The notes: generated by a model from the letters alone, not told the origin. DNA of 59,667 nt, filler included, from Sphacelaria rigidula (GCA_964200075.2; 6 parts of 6 records of this genome joined end to end with filler, not necessarily neighbours in it); one strand, 5' to 3'; positions 1-12,728 are shown, counted from the whole stretch's first letter. A program made the numbers and translations.

Positions 1-359
1 TATTGGCATCTAGTGTAGCAGATTCTATTGCTATCGCAATAGATGCCGTCTATTGTCCAGGGTGTGCAAGAATGGTATTTCAGAAACAATCCACAGAATT
101 TCGATATCGACGCAAACCCTCGAGGGAGACCCCAATACAGTATTGAAAACCCTCTAAGAGGATTTTCAGTGCTCAAGATAAGGTACGACCTTTACAAGGT
201 CAAGACCTTGCAAAGCGTGGCTTTATTCTGACACCTTCGACCATGTGCACGATTGCAAAGATACCGCCTCATGTACGCAGCGGCGAGAGCAAAGTGTCCA
301 CCTGTGTAACGTTGAACACACCCAAAAATACGTTTCCGTACTAAACCCAAGTATGTAAG

Positions 360-735
360 AATTTACACGTTTTAAGCTTACGTCATCGCACAAACGCGCA
401 GAACTTCACGTCGTTTTTACTCGTAGGAGTTAGAAGCTGAAACTTTGCGCAACTGTGCTATAGGTCATGACGCAACTTTCGATGGACAATATTTTTTACT
501 TCTGACACTTTTATCGTTTTTTGGAGGTCCGACGGGATCCAAGTTTCCCCCAGAACCCTGGCACCCACGAAAAATGGTGAAAAAAGTCGAAAAGTTGAAA
601 AACCTTGACATTCGAAAGTTGGGTAATGATGTACATCAAAACTGTGCAAACTTTTAGGGGCTATATCCTTGAAACAGCGCAAAGTTTTGCGGATGAGTGT
701 TTTTCGGTTGATAAGTGTCAACTAGTCTGTAGTAA
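360..735. repeat. Decayed copy of the same element family
   Basis: AGGAGTTAGA...CTGAAACTTTGC...GTGCTAT...GGTCCGACGGGATCCAAGTTTCCCC shared with 33330-34005. Confidence 0.65.
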
Positions 736-758
736 CCGCCATTAGCTGGAGAACCTGA

Positions 759-946
759 GGCCGTGTCTCAGCGCATTATTTTTCGATCGAAAAAGTGCGG
801 TGGAAAAGCAAATCCCGGTACGATAGGTCGCGATTTCAACCATTTCCAAAATTAACGAGGATGGTTGAAATCGCGACCTATCACATCGGTATTTTTGTTT
901 TCCACCGCACTTTTTCGATCGAAAACTGATGTGCGAAAACACGCCC
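759..946. mobile_element. Short palindromic MITE
   Basis: TTTTCGATCGAAAAAGTGCGGTGGAAAA...GATAGGTCGCGATTTCAACCAT is inverted to ATGGTTGAAATCGCGACCTATC...TTTTCCACCGCACTTTTTCGATCGAAAA. Confidence 0.8.
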
Positions 947-966
947 TACCCCAAGAAACGTATTCA

Positions 967-2052
967 CACTCTGGACAATAGACGCAACAATAGTCCATTG
1001 CTTCAGCAATAGACGCGGGGGGAAATCTATCGATATATTTGATCGAACACAAGAGATGGTGAGAGACATCTATTGATATGTATTGCAAGAGTCAATAGAT
1101 GTTGCGATAGTCGATCGATAGCCTATGGCAAATACGATAGATAAATATCACTCGCCATCGATGGACATCGTGTACCGCAGTAGATTCTGGGATGTATATA
1201 TCGATAGCCATTGCCGTAATCGATAGGTTTGGGGAGCCATCCATCGATCGTCATTGCTGTCATCAATAGATCAAGTGAGAAATCTATTAACAACTATTGC
1301 CGTCATCAATAAATTTGGTGAGCCGTCTACCGGTAGCCCCTGCCGCCAACAATGCTTTTTTTGGTATCTATCAACATGGGCATTCCGTCAACAATCGGTT
1401 GTTCTCGGGAGCACCTGTCGATAGCCAGTGACGCCAACGATAGGTTTTGAAAAATAGATTGCTCATTGCAGTGGTCTTATAACATCAACGGCATGATTCC
1501 TTACACATGAACACGCAACGACCTGAGGCGATAGCTGGCCATAGCTTCTGTGGAATAAGGTGGAAAAATACAAAGAAATATGTGCATACATAGCGCTAGT
1601 GATCGAAGTCATTCAGCTGCTGTCGTGGTCAGCGATAGATATTGATGGTCGCGATTCAGATTACATTGTGACCAGCGGTGGACATTGGTGGCCGCGATTC
1701 AGATTACATTGTGACCCCGAATAGATATTGGTGACCGCGATTTAGATCCTATTGCGACCAACAATATGTGTTCGTGACCGCGTGGCAGATCCTATTGTGA
1801 TCAGCAAAAGATATTGGTGGCCACAATTCAGGGCTTACTGCAACAACAAAATATGTATCGATAGGTAACTTGGCCCCTCCATTGTTACGGCAATTATACA
1901 TTCTGTCCCTTGTTCCTAATCTATCACCACCTACACTAGTTATCGATAGACGTTGATGCCAGTCGATTATGACTGACAAGGAACATTGAAAGTGAAATTT
2001 CCGGGGCTATTGCAGCGTCAATGTTCTATTTCATAGACTATTGTCCAGGGTA
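967..2052. mobile_element. Probable TIR element rich in ATCGAT/CAATAG motifs, with an internal 43-bp minisatellite
   Basis: CTCTGGACAATAGAC ... GACTATTGTCCAGGG; similar ends at about 20-66 and 2697-2745; 43-bp units start near 1637, 1680, 1723, 1766 and 1809. Confidence 0.6.
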
Positions 2053-5000
2053 TAAGCACATCTAACCCACACACTCAAGTACTGTAAGCGCTCATGTCCA
2101 TCAGAGGGACAGCCATAAGTACCAACACCACACCAACAACAAAAGTTGTAAACCTGTGTCCATACGTATTGCGGATTCTCCTACAAATACAAGCGTTCCA
2201 AAAATTTAGAAACGTGACGTCACATATTCACAAGTAGTATCATTATATACCCGCTGCATGTCCACCTGCGGCTCTTCTACCGTACCTTAACGGAGTATAA
2301 TACGCTCTATACGTAGTATTTTGCGATGTAGGTGCGGCAATAGGCAACATATAATATCTATGGGTAGGCGTTGTATACCACAGTAGATTCTAGAATGTAT
2401 CTATCGATATTCACTGCCTCCATGCATAGAATTATACGCAATATATCAATAGCTATTGACGTCAATAGATTTGGTAAACAATTTGTCAAAAGCCATCATT
2501 GTTATCAACAGGTTTGGCACGCGGTCCATCGATAGTAATTGCCGTCATCAATAGATTTCGGTATAGGACCACAGCAGACTGCTGCCCAGGCAAAAGTGTG
2601 GGGAACTGGTATATCGATAGACATTGCCAACGACAATTGAACGAGAAAATTGCGGATCGATGGCCATTACGGACGATAATATTGACATATACTGCAGCAG
2701 ATTCCATTGCTATCGGAATAGATGCCGTCTATTGTCTAGGGTGTGAACATGTTCGAAAACGGTTTGTATCGCATCAAGTTAGACCCCAAACAGTGGTATT
2801 CCGGTGACAGGGTTTTGGTGTCGCCGGACTCTAATTGATTATATGAATCAAAGACCCACAAAGCCGCATTATGGTTTCCCTTATACCTGTCGTAAAACAG
2901 CTCCGATCATCCTCAAATGTCACCTTGGTAGATGTGGGTGCTCCAACTGGGGTAAAAAAAAAACGCCGAGGAATGCTTCAAGTCAATCCGCTCTCTGTCG
3001 GCTTTCGGAGATCTCGGCGTGAAGACCCCCAGAAGCCGGTCCACAATGCCTCAGAAAAGAAAGTGAATTCTTACTCGATCCGAGGTAAATTTAGAAAATA
3101 CAAAGCTTCGTTGAGTTGGTCGAAAAACTGCCCTCGAACGGTCTATGCACGCTTGAACGCACAAGAAAAAGGGCAGGTGTCTTGAAAAAAATGAAGTAAT
3201 TAGGGGCTTCTGCGTACATTTGTATACTTTGACGCACGCACGCGCGATTTTTCACGCGGAATTTTCAAGTTAGACACGGAATATTTGACGTGTGCTATGG
3301 CATATTGCAAAACGTTTGAATAATTTTGTTCGTCTCTTGCTTCTTCGCCGGAAATCCGGGATCCCAGGAAGCGGCAGGAGCCCCGGAACCCTCGTGATCC
3401 CGAATTTTCGGCAAACCCCCGTTCAGGAAACCCCGCTCACAAACAGTTTTGCAATGTCCCATAGCACACGTGCGCAAAATTCCAGGTTCCAACTCGAAAC
3501 CCGTGAGAAATCACCGGGGCGTAAATTTTTGGCGTTCAACCGGGGCTAGCATATAACGGGATGCGAAGGCGTACAGGGCGCAGCCATTCTATATGCTATG
3601 GACGTTGCACAAGGACAAGATAAAATGCAACCAAAACCAAACTGGCTGCTCAGCCATGTTAGGCTGCTGTGATTGTAGTGATCGAAAAAGAAATACGAAA
3701 AACAGCATGAGCGCTTGGGCATCCTGGTATGGTCTTCCTCGTCTGCATGCTTGCATCACCCACGTAACTGTCAGGAACCACAGCAGACCGCGGGCGCCGA
3801 AGAGGTGAAACTTGGATCCTTGCAGTGTTTCATTTGGAAGCATTTGAAACTCTCCCGAATGTTTTTTTTTTCTCCGCGAAATAGTCGGGAGAGGGATGCC
3901 GCGTGTGCCTCACTGCCTGAAAACGACACTGCGGTGTACCGCACTGCCTTCTCATATACGTACGCACGGTGTTGACTCACTGTACAAGCGCTTGCCATCG
4001 ATGACAATATACAGCAGTAGCTTCAAGTAGCCGTTATTACTGTTTTCCCGCCTCGATGGGTTGGTTGCCATCCATCGTAAGGGTTCGCGTGCCCGGCTTT
4101 TCCAGGGTGCTGGCGTACATGGCTCTCGTTGTTTGCACTCGCTGCGCACCATGAGAGTGAATGCGCAAAGGAACGATATGGACGGACTGACGCAACAGCA
4201 CCTTTATGAAGGGTGGCACAACCGTTCGTGTGCGGTAGTGCACCAAAATGACCCTCGCCAATGGAACCCTGAGTGATGATAATTCGTAACCTAACCCTTT
4301 GACCGCAAGAGTGATCGATGTATGGAGCCGGCATCACTTTTGATTAAGCGATGAGCGCAACGGCTAGATGACCCACTCTGGCGGTCGAGGGGCAATTATG
4401 GCAAGATACGTGGAGTTTGCTTGCCTCATCCTGATCGAACAAAAGATACCGTATCAACCTACAGAGAGAAACACGACGTGCAACACGTGAGAGGCATCTG
4501 ACGGCTATTCAGCAGGGCATGTTGTGCTTGGGTTGACCGGAACTCATTCCGTATTGACGGAGTAGCAGCGATTTATGTTACTCTGAAAAGACGATTGGGT
4601 GGCGGTGGTGGTGGTGGTGGGGAGGGGTTACTGATCGTTTGCTGTTGGTCCTACTTCTGTGGACACAAACACAAGACTCCCTTCTTCACCATTTGCCATC
4701 AAGAAGGCGCGACCAAAGAACGGCGCACTGGCATGGTCAAGGCCTTCAGCGTGGCTACCGCACGTCTTGATGATCGTTTCGCAACTGTCCATGTCAACAA
4801 AGCAAGTGCAGTACCCGTGCTGAGGGGCTACAATAACCAGCGCAGATGAGGACTCGTTCTGATTTGTACCAGTTTGGCAATTTTGTATCGCCGGGCCTTG
4901 ACGAGTTGATGCTAAGCCTGGTGGATGCATACTGTATCTTGGAACGCAGATCGCTATCTTGGGGATCCTCGCGTGAATATACGCAGTAGAACCGATACAA

Positions 5001-5751
5001 CTACTATCCGGCTACCGTCTGAAGCTTTCCATAACTTTCTGGAGTGTTTGAATGCCCGAAACGCCAACTCGTTGTGAAAACATGCCCGCTGTATCTTTGA
5101 CAGAAAGCAGAACGCACCCTCTGTGGTGGATGATGAAGGAAGCAGGGCATAGAAGCGAAAGCTACCACGGACCCCGTTTTGGGGATCGAAAACGAGCGTT
5201 CGCTTACATGGACGCACACTATCCTCTAGCCATCTGGCAGTGAGGATGGCACATATGTGTCCAGTGAGGATGGCACATATGTGTCATCGTCATCACTCCC
5301 AAGAGAAAGAAAGCCCTTGGAACTGAACCAACGAAGCAGCGGAATGTCTGAGTGTGTTGTGTAGTCCCAAATATTGCTTCATGTACCCCACAGTAGGATG
5401 TAGCGTTTCTGCCCTTCCAGACTCCGATGAAACATGGTACGGACGCCCCCCCCCTGCTTTGCAAGACCTTCTGGGGACAAAAACCACTTGTTCACTGACT
5501 ACAGGGTAAAATCCCGACGTGCTGATACCCACGCACACTGCCCTCTGTACTTTTGTACACCACGGCATGGCACGGCACGTATAACATGGCCATCTTTGAA
5601 CCGGTTCAGGAATGTGGATATAGATTGCTCTGCTTCGCATCGCGCTTCCAATTTTTTTTCTCTATTCCTTTGTGATGATGGGAAAGGAGCATAATGAGAA
5701 ATCATGCGCCGTTCTAATCTAGCAAGCTAGGATGAGAAACAAGTGATACCG

Positions 5752-6335
5752 ATACACTCACACATTCCGTAGCCACCGTTCAGGCCATCGTGGGGTGCAA
5801 ATGGCCTGGTAACGCAGGAGAAACGCGCCTGCTACACACGGGGCCAAAAACAATACCTATCCGCACGGGACTGGACTTCGACATTGCTTTTGTCCAAAAC
5901 GCGCCTTAGGCAAGTTGGACATAGGCTATGTATGTTGTCTGGACGCATGGGAGCACGTAATCATGTGCTGCCGCACAGTACCAAAAAACACCGCCAACCG
6001 ACTGGAGGTGGACATGAGCAATGTCCAAGTCGCAAGTTGGACATAGCTTATGTCCACCACAGATTGGAATACCTGTCCGCGCTCGTCCCATGCGCCTTGC
6101 CTCGACACCACAGCAGCTGCAACACACTCAGACATTCCGTAGCCACCGTTCAAGCCACCGTGGTGCGCAAACGGCCTGGTAGCGCAGGAGAAACGCGCCT
6201 GCTACACACAGGGCCAAAACATACATCTATCTGCACCGGACTGGACATGGACATAGCATTTGTCAAAAACGCGACTTGGGCAAGTTGGACATAAGCTATG
6301 TCGGCTGGAGACATGGGAGCACGTAATCATGTGCT
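5752..6335. repeat. Tandem duplication, about 371-bp period
   Basis: ACATTCCGTAGCCACCGTTCA...GCAGGAGAAACGCGCCTGCTACACAC...CATGGGAGCACGTAATCATGTGCT occurs at about 5762 and 6133. Confidence 0.85.
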
Positions 6336-6544
6336 TGCGGTTGATAGCGGTCGCGTTGAAGACAAGAACGCTGACAGGTGATTGCCGCAGGTACGTTTTA
6401 CCCGCATTGTTCCGCGATGCACTGAGGGTTTAGACAGCGTGATTAGCATGTGTTCATTGTACAGACATTGTTCACTAAACTAGAAATGTGTTGCGATTAG
6501 CACGTCTCATGTGCCTTGCATCGACACCCAACAAGGAGAAGAAG

Positions 6545-7350
6545 CAATAGCAGCAGTATCAGCAGCATTATTCCTGCCAGTAAATGCACGCGGCTGGGGG
6601 TGGGTCTGAATCAGCCGGTGCCGATACTGCTGCTGCTGCTGCTGCTATTTTTCCTTATGGGAGAGACGGTCCGCGTTTCGATCGTGCTACAACGCCCCCG
6701 CACCTTGCACGTGATAGCCACCTTGCTGGAATGTGCTAATCCGTACTAACCGCTGATGAGTCTATGCTTCCCCACGAGGCTAAGTGCTGGCGGATATAGC
6801 TGTGGGCATCTCTCTGTGCGAGCTGTGCACGTCGTGTGTGTCTCGCACGCGTGGCTAGTGCTGGTGGTGGGAATTAAGTCAGCGTCCAGTACAGAGGGAA
6901 AAAAGTTATATGTACTCGTCCTGAAAATGCTATGGGGGTAACAACACGGAAACAGATCACTTTCAAATAGGGGGAGTTAATAACGCGACATGTGCATGGG
7001 TATTGTCGCACGTCGGAACGCGGACCGCCTCCCGCACGAGAAGCAGCAGCAGCAGTAGCAGCAGCATATTTATTGCCAGTTAATGTACGCGGCTGGCGGT
7101 GGGTCTGAATCAGCCGGTGCCGATGCTGGTGCTGGTGCTGCTCTTCATCGTAGACGGTCGACCGGGCGTGGCCCTTAACCTGCAACAGGTCCGCGTTTCG
7201 ACCGTGCGACAACACCCACGCACGTTGCGAGTGATAGCCACCGTGCTGGACAGCGCTGGTACGTACTACTGTACCCGCCGATGGGTTCATGCTTCCTTAC
7301 TCGGCGAAGTTCTGGAAGATATAGCTGTGCGCATCTACTCTGTAGTGCTA
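6545..7350. repeat. Duplicated module with (CAG)n...(CTG)n flanks
   Basis: GTGGGTCTGAATCAGCCGGTGCCGAT...GGTCCGCGTTTCGA...GTGATAGCCACC occurs at about 6600 and 7099. Confidence 0.8.
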
Positions 7351-8463
7351 TGCATACTGTAAGACTTTTGTTTTTCAAGAATAGGGATTAAAGTATGTGA
7401 GGGGGATCACGATTTGGGCAGTTTTTTCAAAGGTTCTGCTTGTTTTTTTAAATGTTCTGATTGGTTCTTAAATTATATTCTGAAAAACTCGAGACAGTTT
7501 TCTGTCACATAAATCTAATGCTGAGTCTGAAATGGCCTCAGACAACAATCAATTTGAAAACTGGAACGTGCATGGGGAAAGCATGTACACCCAGGTTGCT
7601 AATCTGATGGACAACGCCTTAGTGAAGGCGTTCTCCACCTATGTATCTCGTTCGGCGGACTAAGCCGACGAGATATTCACAGCGGCACAAACATCAAGTA
7701 GCATGAGAGCCGCGGTTGGCCGCCGATTCTAAATTTTGGGGTTGAGCACTAAAAAAGGGGTTCAACCCCTTTTGAAAAAATCGAGAATTCACGCCAAACA
7801 GTATCACCACGGGAAACCGTTTCCGCAAGCACAGTTTCTGTTGCAGTTACGCCGGCGCAGTCAGGTGCCCCAAATGAATGCCATGCACAAGCGTGTCGAT
7901 GACGATATCAACAGAGGAGCAGCGGCGGAGAGGAAGCTCCTCGCCGTTGTCCTCTGTGTGTCCTCGTTCAGTGATTCCCAAGCGCTGCAGAGAGTGGCAT
8001 CATGTTGTAGTACCAGCACATACCCAGGTTGCCATGTGTGGGCAGGCGGGTTATTGCCGCACAGCCGCGGAAACAAGATCGCGGGATACCTCGGTTGTCG
8101 TCTCCTGTCTGTGGCGCTAACCAATCCGAATATCGATTTCCCTCTGCTTCTCTGCTTAGACAAGAGGTGCCTCTGTGCGCAGTAGAACACGTCGTCGAAA
8201 AACAGGGTGATGTTCCCGTCACCGCTGCTGTTTTCTCACACACACATGCGAGCAACGACGGCTGCGCCCTTGCGGTAAGATCTGATAATCGCAAGCTGGG
8301 GAGTGTTATTGCAGTCGTTGATTTCACCCGACGTCTGCGAAACAAGGACAATAGACAGTCTACCACATTTCAGTTGGCGGGATGGACGAATGAGAGACCA
8401 AACACTCGTGTAGACCTTCTTGGAATGGGGAGTGAAAGAAGACATGTCGTGTGGGTGACTCAA

Positions 8464-8561
8464 CCCTTAGACCGCGAGGTTCGTCTTCTGTTGAATCGGC
8501 ATCAATTTCAAGTGAATAAAAGTATGCATGATCCAGAAAGACTAATCTCGCGGTCCAAGGG
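8464..8561. mobile_element. 98-bp piggyBac-like MITE
   Basis: CCCTTAGACCGCGAG...CTCGCGGTCCAAGGG flanked by TCAA/TTAA; inverted sibling at 34906-35003. Confidence 0.75.
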
Positions 8562-8712
8562 TTAACTCCTGCTGGTGTGACCGAAATGAGGGCTGAGATC
8601 CTGCAATTGAGCTTCTCTGCTGTCAACCGGTCGTATGCATGGTGTGTGTGTCGGGGGCGTACTCATTTGTTGCTTGCCTTAGTCGTTTGAGTGTCGGGGG
8701 GGGGGGGGGGGT

Positions 8713-9862
8713 GGGGGTCTGTCGCAAAAACATGTGATGTGAGGAGAGTCATCTTAAGCTGAGGCGAGCTATAGATAGGAACAGGGGTGTCCTATGATCA
8801 ACCACCTGCCATTGCATTCCTGACCCGCACCGTTAAGCGCTGACCAGGAAGGTCTTGCCTGAGCACAGCTTTCGAGCAACGACAGTAGTGGGCAGTCGGT
8901 TCATACCGGAATGTTACTGCAATTTCGTTGCTGCATGTACTGGCTGCCTGCATATTAATTCGATTGTACAAGCCTTGCGAGGGAGGAGGGTGATCATATT
9001 GAAGTCTTGATCGGTTGAAATATAACGGCTCACGCAACAAGCTGCCAGAATGCGCATCCCCGTCCCCTCTCCCGCCAGGTATCAAAAACGATGCTACAGT
9101 TTTTGCAAGCTCTAAGAAATATTGCCGGGCCCCGAGAGTTTTCTTCGAATGCAACTCACCCTTTTTCCAATGGCAAGGCGTTTTCTCGGAGAAAAAATCA
9201 ATTTCGAACATGAACGGGTTTACTTCAGTTCATTTATGTACTGATCGCTCTATGCAAATTCCATAAACGTTTGGTGAAACGTTTTGAATGTATCCTCGAA
9301 CGTCTGACCAAACTCAACTCTTGCATTATTTCCCCTTAGCTTGCAAGCACGGTTCTGATATTATGGATCAAGATTCTGATACGATTACTCTTCCCCCTCA
9401 AAAGGCTTGTACAATCGAATTGCTATACAGGCAGCCAGTGTAATGCGTGAGAGGACCGCGCCGTAGTTCAAAACACCTCAGGATCGACGTTTTTCAAAAC
9501 CAATCGGGCCGGTCCCTGCAAGAACCACGCCCCTGACCACAACACTAACACTATCCCTAACCCTAACCCTAACCATAAGGATGTTCAAATTCCGATGCGA
9601 TCCTCTAAACACGCGGTCCTCTCACGCATTACAGCCAGTACATGCAGCAACGAAATTGCAGTAACATTCCGGGATGAACCGACTGCCCACTACTGTGGTT
9701 GCTCGAAAGCTGTTCTCATGCAAGACCTTCCTGGTCAGCGCTTGACGGCGCGGCTCAGGAATGCAATGGTAGGTGGTAAACATCCCTATTCCTAACTATA
9801 GCTCGCCTCAGCTTAGGATGACTCTCCTCTCCTCACGTAATATTTTTTTGCGACAGACCCCC
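8713..9862. mobile_element. Fold-back element with inverted arms of about 330 bp
   Basis: 8713-9045 is the reverse complement of 9340-9862 (GGGGGTCTGTCGCAAAAA...TTTTTGCGACAGACCCCC), apart from a 195-bp insertion in the right arm. Confidence 0.85.
9439..9633. mobile_element. 195-bp mini-transposon with TG...CA ends, perfect 22-bp TIR, 5-bp TSD GCCAG and internal (CCCTAA)n
   Basis: TGTAATGCGTGAGAGGACCGCG (9439-9460) / CGCGGTCCTCTCACGCATTACA (9612-9633); GCCAG on both sides; the empty site is visible at about 8931-8952 on the opposite strand. Confidence 0.9.
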
Positions 9863-9962
9863 NNNNNNNNNNNNNNNNNNNNNNNNNNNNNNNNNNNNNN
9901 NNNNNNTTAATTAATTAANNNNNNNNNNNNNNNNNNNNNNNNNNNNNNNNNNNNNNNNNNNN
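9863..9962. other. Artificial contig-joining spacer
   Basis: 44 N + TTAATTAATTAA (stops in all six frames) + 44 N. Confidence 0.99.
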
Positions 9963-10654
9963 GCTCGTTGTGTTTTCGAAAAATATCCACGAGTGCACTC
10001 GTCTCGACGAGTGATGACTCGTCCGACGTATGAAGCTGGGAAGGGGAGGGCGGGGGGTGGGCGCGGAGGAGAAGTGACAGTGGTGGCGAGCACAAGACGA
10101 AAAAGTGAGGCGCTGTGATATTGGCCAGTATTCAGAGCAAGGGGTAGAACGCAGCTATACACAACATCCTGTGCTGTGCTCGATGTCTTGGACACCGGCG
10201 ACGAAAAGACATGGGGGTGCGAAGAGATTGAGGGGGGGAAGGCAAACAGCACCTTCGACCGTGAAACACTGTTTTTCGGCTTGAGTGCAATGAGAAGGTG
10301 AAATTGCAACAACAAAAGACAAGCCTCTTCATTTCGTCCCCACTACGATCGGGATAGGCTCTATCGACTGAAAATACCCAAGAGTCAGAATCTGAAGCTG
10401 AAAAATTGGCAGGCCTCCCGATGACCGATCAGCCCGTACGCCAATCAATAATTGAATACAGATGCCTTTTTTTGTTGGAATGTGGAGCGGGTACTAGTAT
10501 CTTCAGATTCCCAGTGTGATGAGCGATGGAAAGCGAAAAAAGCTGAGACAATTGCTAGTCACGAAGAAATTACTACATAAATACCCTACTTTGAACTTGA
10601 GGCGCTGTAGTGTGTGTGGCACGGGCATTTCCTGCAGCTCGCTACTGTATTTTT

Positions 10655-10996
10655 TCGTGTGTGTTTCCGTCCCATCTACTCTGCATGCCAGTCGACACAC
10701 ACATTTCGGTATCTGTGGGCGCTATGGGCGCACCGACCGGGATCACACAACAGGAGGGTCAACACGGGATTTTTTTCAATTATTTTTCTCCACCTTCCTT
10801 CTGCGGTGCTTGCCCTTTCTATACTATCGCGAAAGGGGTTCAGCGGTTCCTTTTCCTCGTCGACCGTCCAGTCGTTTTTGTGTACCCACGAAATAGTCAC
10901 TTTCCTCTCACAAAACATCCCAGGTCGCCCCGAGATTCGAACCCACGACCCAATCATCAGGAGGTTTCGAGGTCACCAACCGAGCCACCGGGGCGC
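10655..10996 (-). mobile_element. tRNA-derived SINE, family A, full-length copy
   Basis: Minus-strand head CGCCCCGGTGGCTCGGTTGG...GGTTCGAATCTC (Pol III A and B boxes); body shared with at least 5 other copies on 4 contigs; short (CA)n tail. Confidence 0.8.
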
Positions 10997-12564
10997 TACT
11001 GCTGCGGGATACTCGCCACCAGAGAAGTCGTGTTTATTCACACGTTGTTTGCTCGGGTTCGATTGTTCGAGCGCATGCCTGACCAAGAGGGCTGGTGCGA
11101 TTTTTGTTCCTCCTGACGGTGACTTTCCCCCCTCGCGATGTGCAATCCGCACGTCCCGGTACGCTTTTTCACGCGCCCGTGTCAGATCCCCAACAGTGTG
11201 TTCAAGGTGGAACAGAAGACAGTTCACACGCCATGGTTTAGCTGGTCCACGATACTGCCCTTTTGAGTTTCATCACTCCTGTAGCCTTTTATGTTCCCTC
11301 TTCACTTCACGTATCTTCCTTTTCCGTATTTTCCTTCCTCCCGATGTCTGAAAGTACGAGTTTGGTGCCTCGCTTCCTCAGGGTTCATGGATGAGAGCTC
11401 CGTACTCGAAACACTGAGATCAAAACAGAAGAGCCGCAATCTGTTCCCACGACTGTGTTTATACGATCGGGTATCAGTGTGTGCTTTTGGGTGAAGAAGC
11501 TAGGTTGCAGAGGACGGTCACGTCTATTTTGGCTTTTGTCGAGTTTGTACCCCTATTTGTTCGGGTGCTATTTTCTTCGTCTCTCGTCTGCTCTACCGTT
11601 TCTGTTTTCCGTCCCTTCCTTCAGCAAGTGATTCACTTCTTTTTCTGTATCGGGTACTCTACGTTCATCATGTCACCACGGCGTGACCCCCGGGTGTACT
11701 GATCATCATGGTCATAAAATCGATGACCTCCCATCCCTACAAAGCCGGGACGGAGCATGCAGGGTTTTCGCCGGACCAGGCTCGCACCCAATCACCAAGC
11801 GCGAAGCGCCGTTGTGTGTCGGCGAGTCGCATAAAGAGTGAGCTGCATCCTGCCAAGATGTTTCGGCCCGAAGCCTACTGCTTATCTTGCATTTGAATGA
11901 CAGCCTACGATGAGTTACTTTATTTTCTGGTATCGCCACTTCCAGAGACAGCCACGTTTTATACACTGCCTCACGGATGTCTCACCATTCAAACACAATG
12001 TGGTACGATGATCCCTATTGTGCGGAGTTCGGGTTCTCCCACGCCGCACAACATGATCTACAGTAGCTCGATTATCATGATGGAAACCGCAAAAAATGCA
12101 AGCGCGCGAAAAAATCGGTAATCTGGTTACGCTGTGAGCGGCGTGTTTCACAGCGTCATTGCCAACCGTCGCCAATCCCATTGGGGTCCGCCCCTACACC
12201 GACGTCAATCCCATTGGGGTTCGCCCCTACAGAGCCGGAACGGAGCACGCCGGGTTGTCGCCGGACCAGGCTACGCTTGATCCCTTGGGGAGGGACATTT
12301 AATGTGCGCGACAATAAATCGAAAGTCTTGGGTGCAAGTTGCTGCGTGTAAACGTTCTAGTGAAAATCGGATAGAAGTTTCAAAGTATGATAGCAAATAG
12401 ACGTCACGCAAACGAAAGCACATCGTGACCACTTGATTGAAGGCTCCTCTCGAGCTACCCGTTTTTGTTTCAGTCGCGGGCAGTAAGCCTCACACACGCT
12501 TGCGTGTTTATTCCGTGTTGACAGATATTAGAATGCCCCGCGTCCTGATCGCCAAGATATGTTC

Positions 12565-12728
12565 AAAATTTGAGTAGAGTATTTAAGGCCGTACTCAACG
12601 TACTCAAACTTTGAGTAGAGTATCGGAGACCGTACTCGGCCTACTCGAAATTTGAGTAGAGTATCGGAGGCCGTACTCGACCTACTCAAAATTTGAGTGG
12701 AGTGTCTGAGGCCGGATCCGATGTACGA
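12565..12728. repeat. 41-bp minisatellite x4
   Basis: AAAATTTGAGTAGAGTATTTAAGGCCGTACTCAACGTACTC units at 12565, 12606, 12647 and 12688. Confidence 0.85.

Noticed and set aside
1637..1850. CRISPR-like 43-bp periodic repeat
   Set aside because: Whole units are similar and degenerate, with no spacers.
3560..8450. Decayed coding-like segments with Cys-rich peptides (about 3590-5200 and 7700-8450)
   Set aside because: No recognisable domain, no consistent frame and no splice model.
9543..9578. True telomere
   Set aside because: Only about three perfect units, internal to a TIR element.
10920..10996. tRNA gene
   Set aside because: A and B boxes are present but there is no complete cloverleaf, and the sequence continues into a multi-copy SINE body; the same applies at 14558 and 23227.
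10614..11351. 245-aa ORF and most other short ORFs in the track
   Set aside because: They run through SINE, MITE or simple-repeat sequence, often start at non-ATG codons, and lack protein-like motifs.
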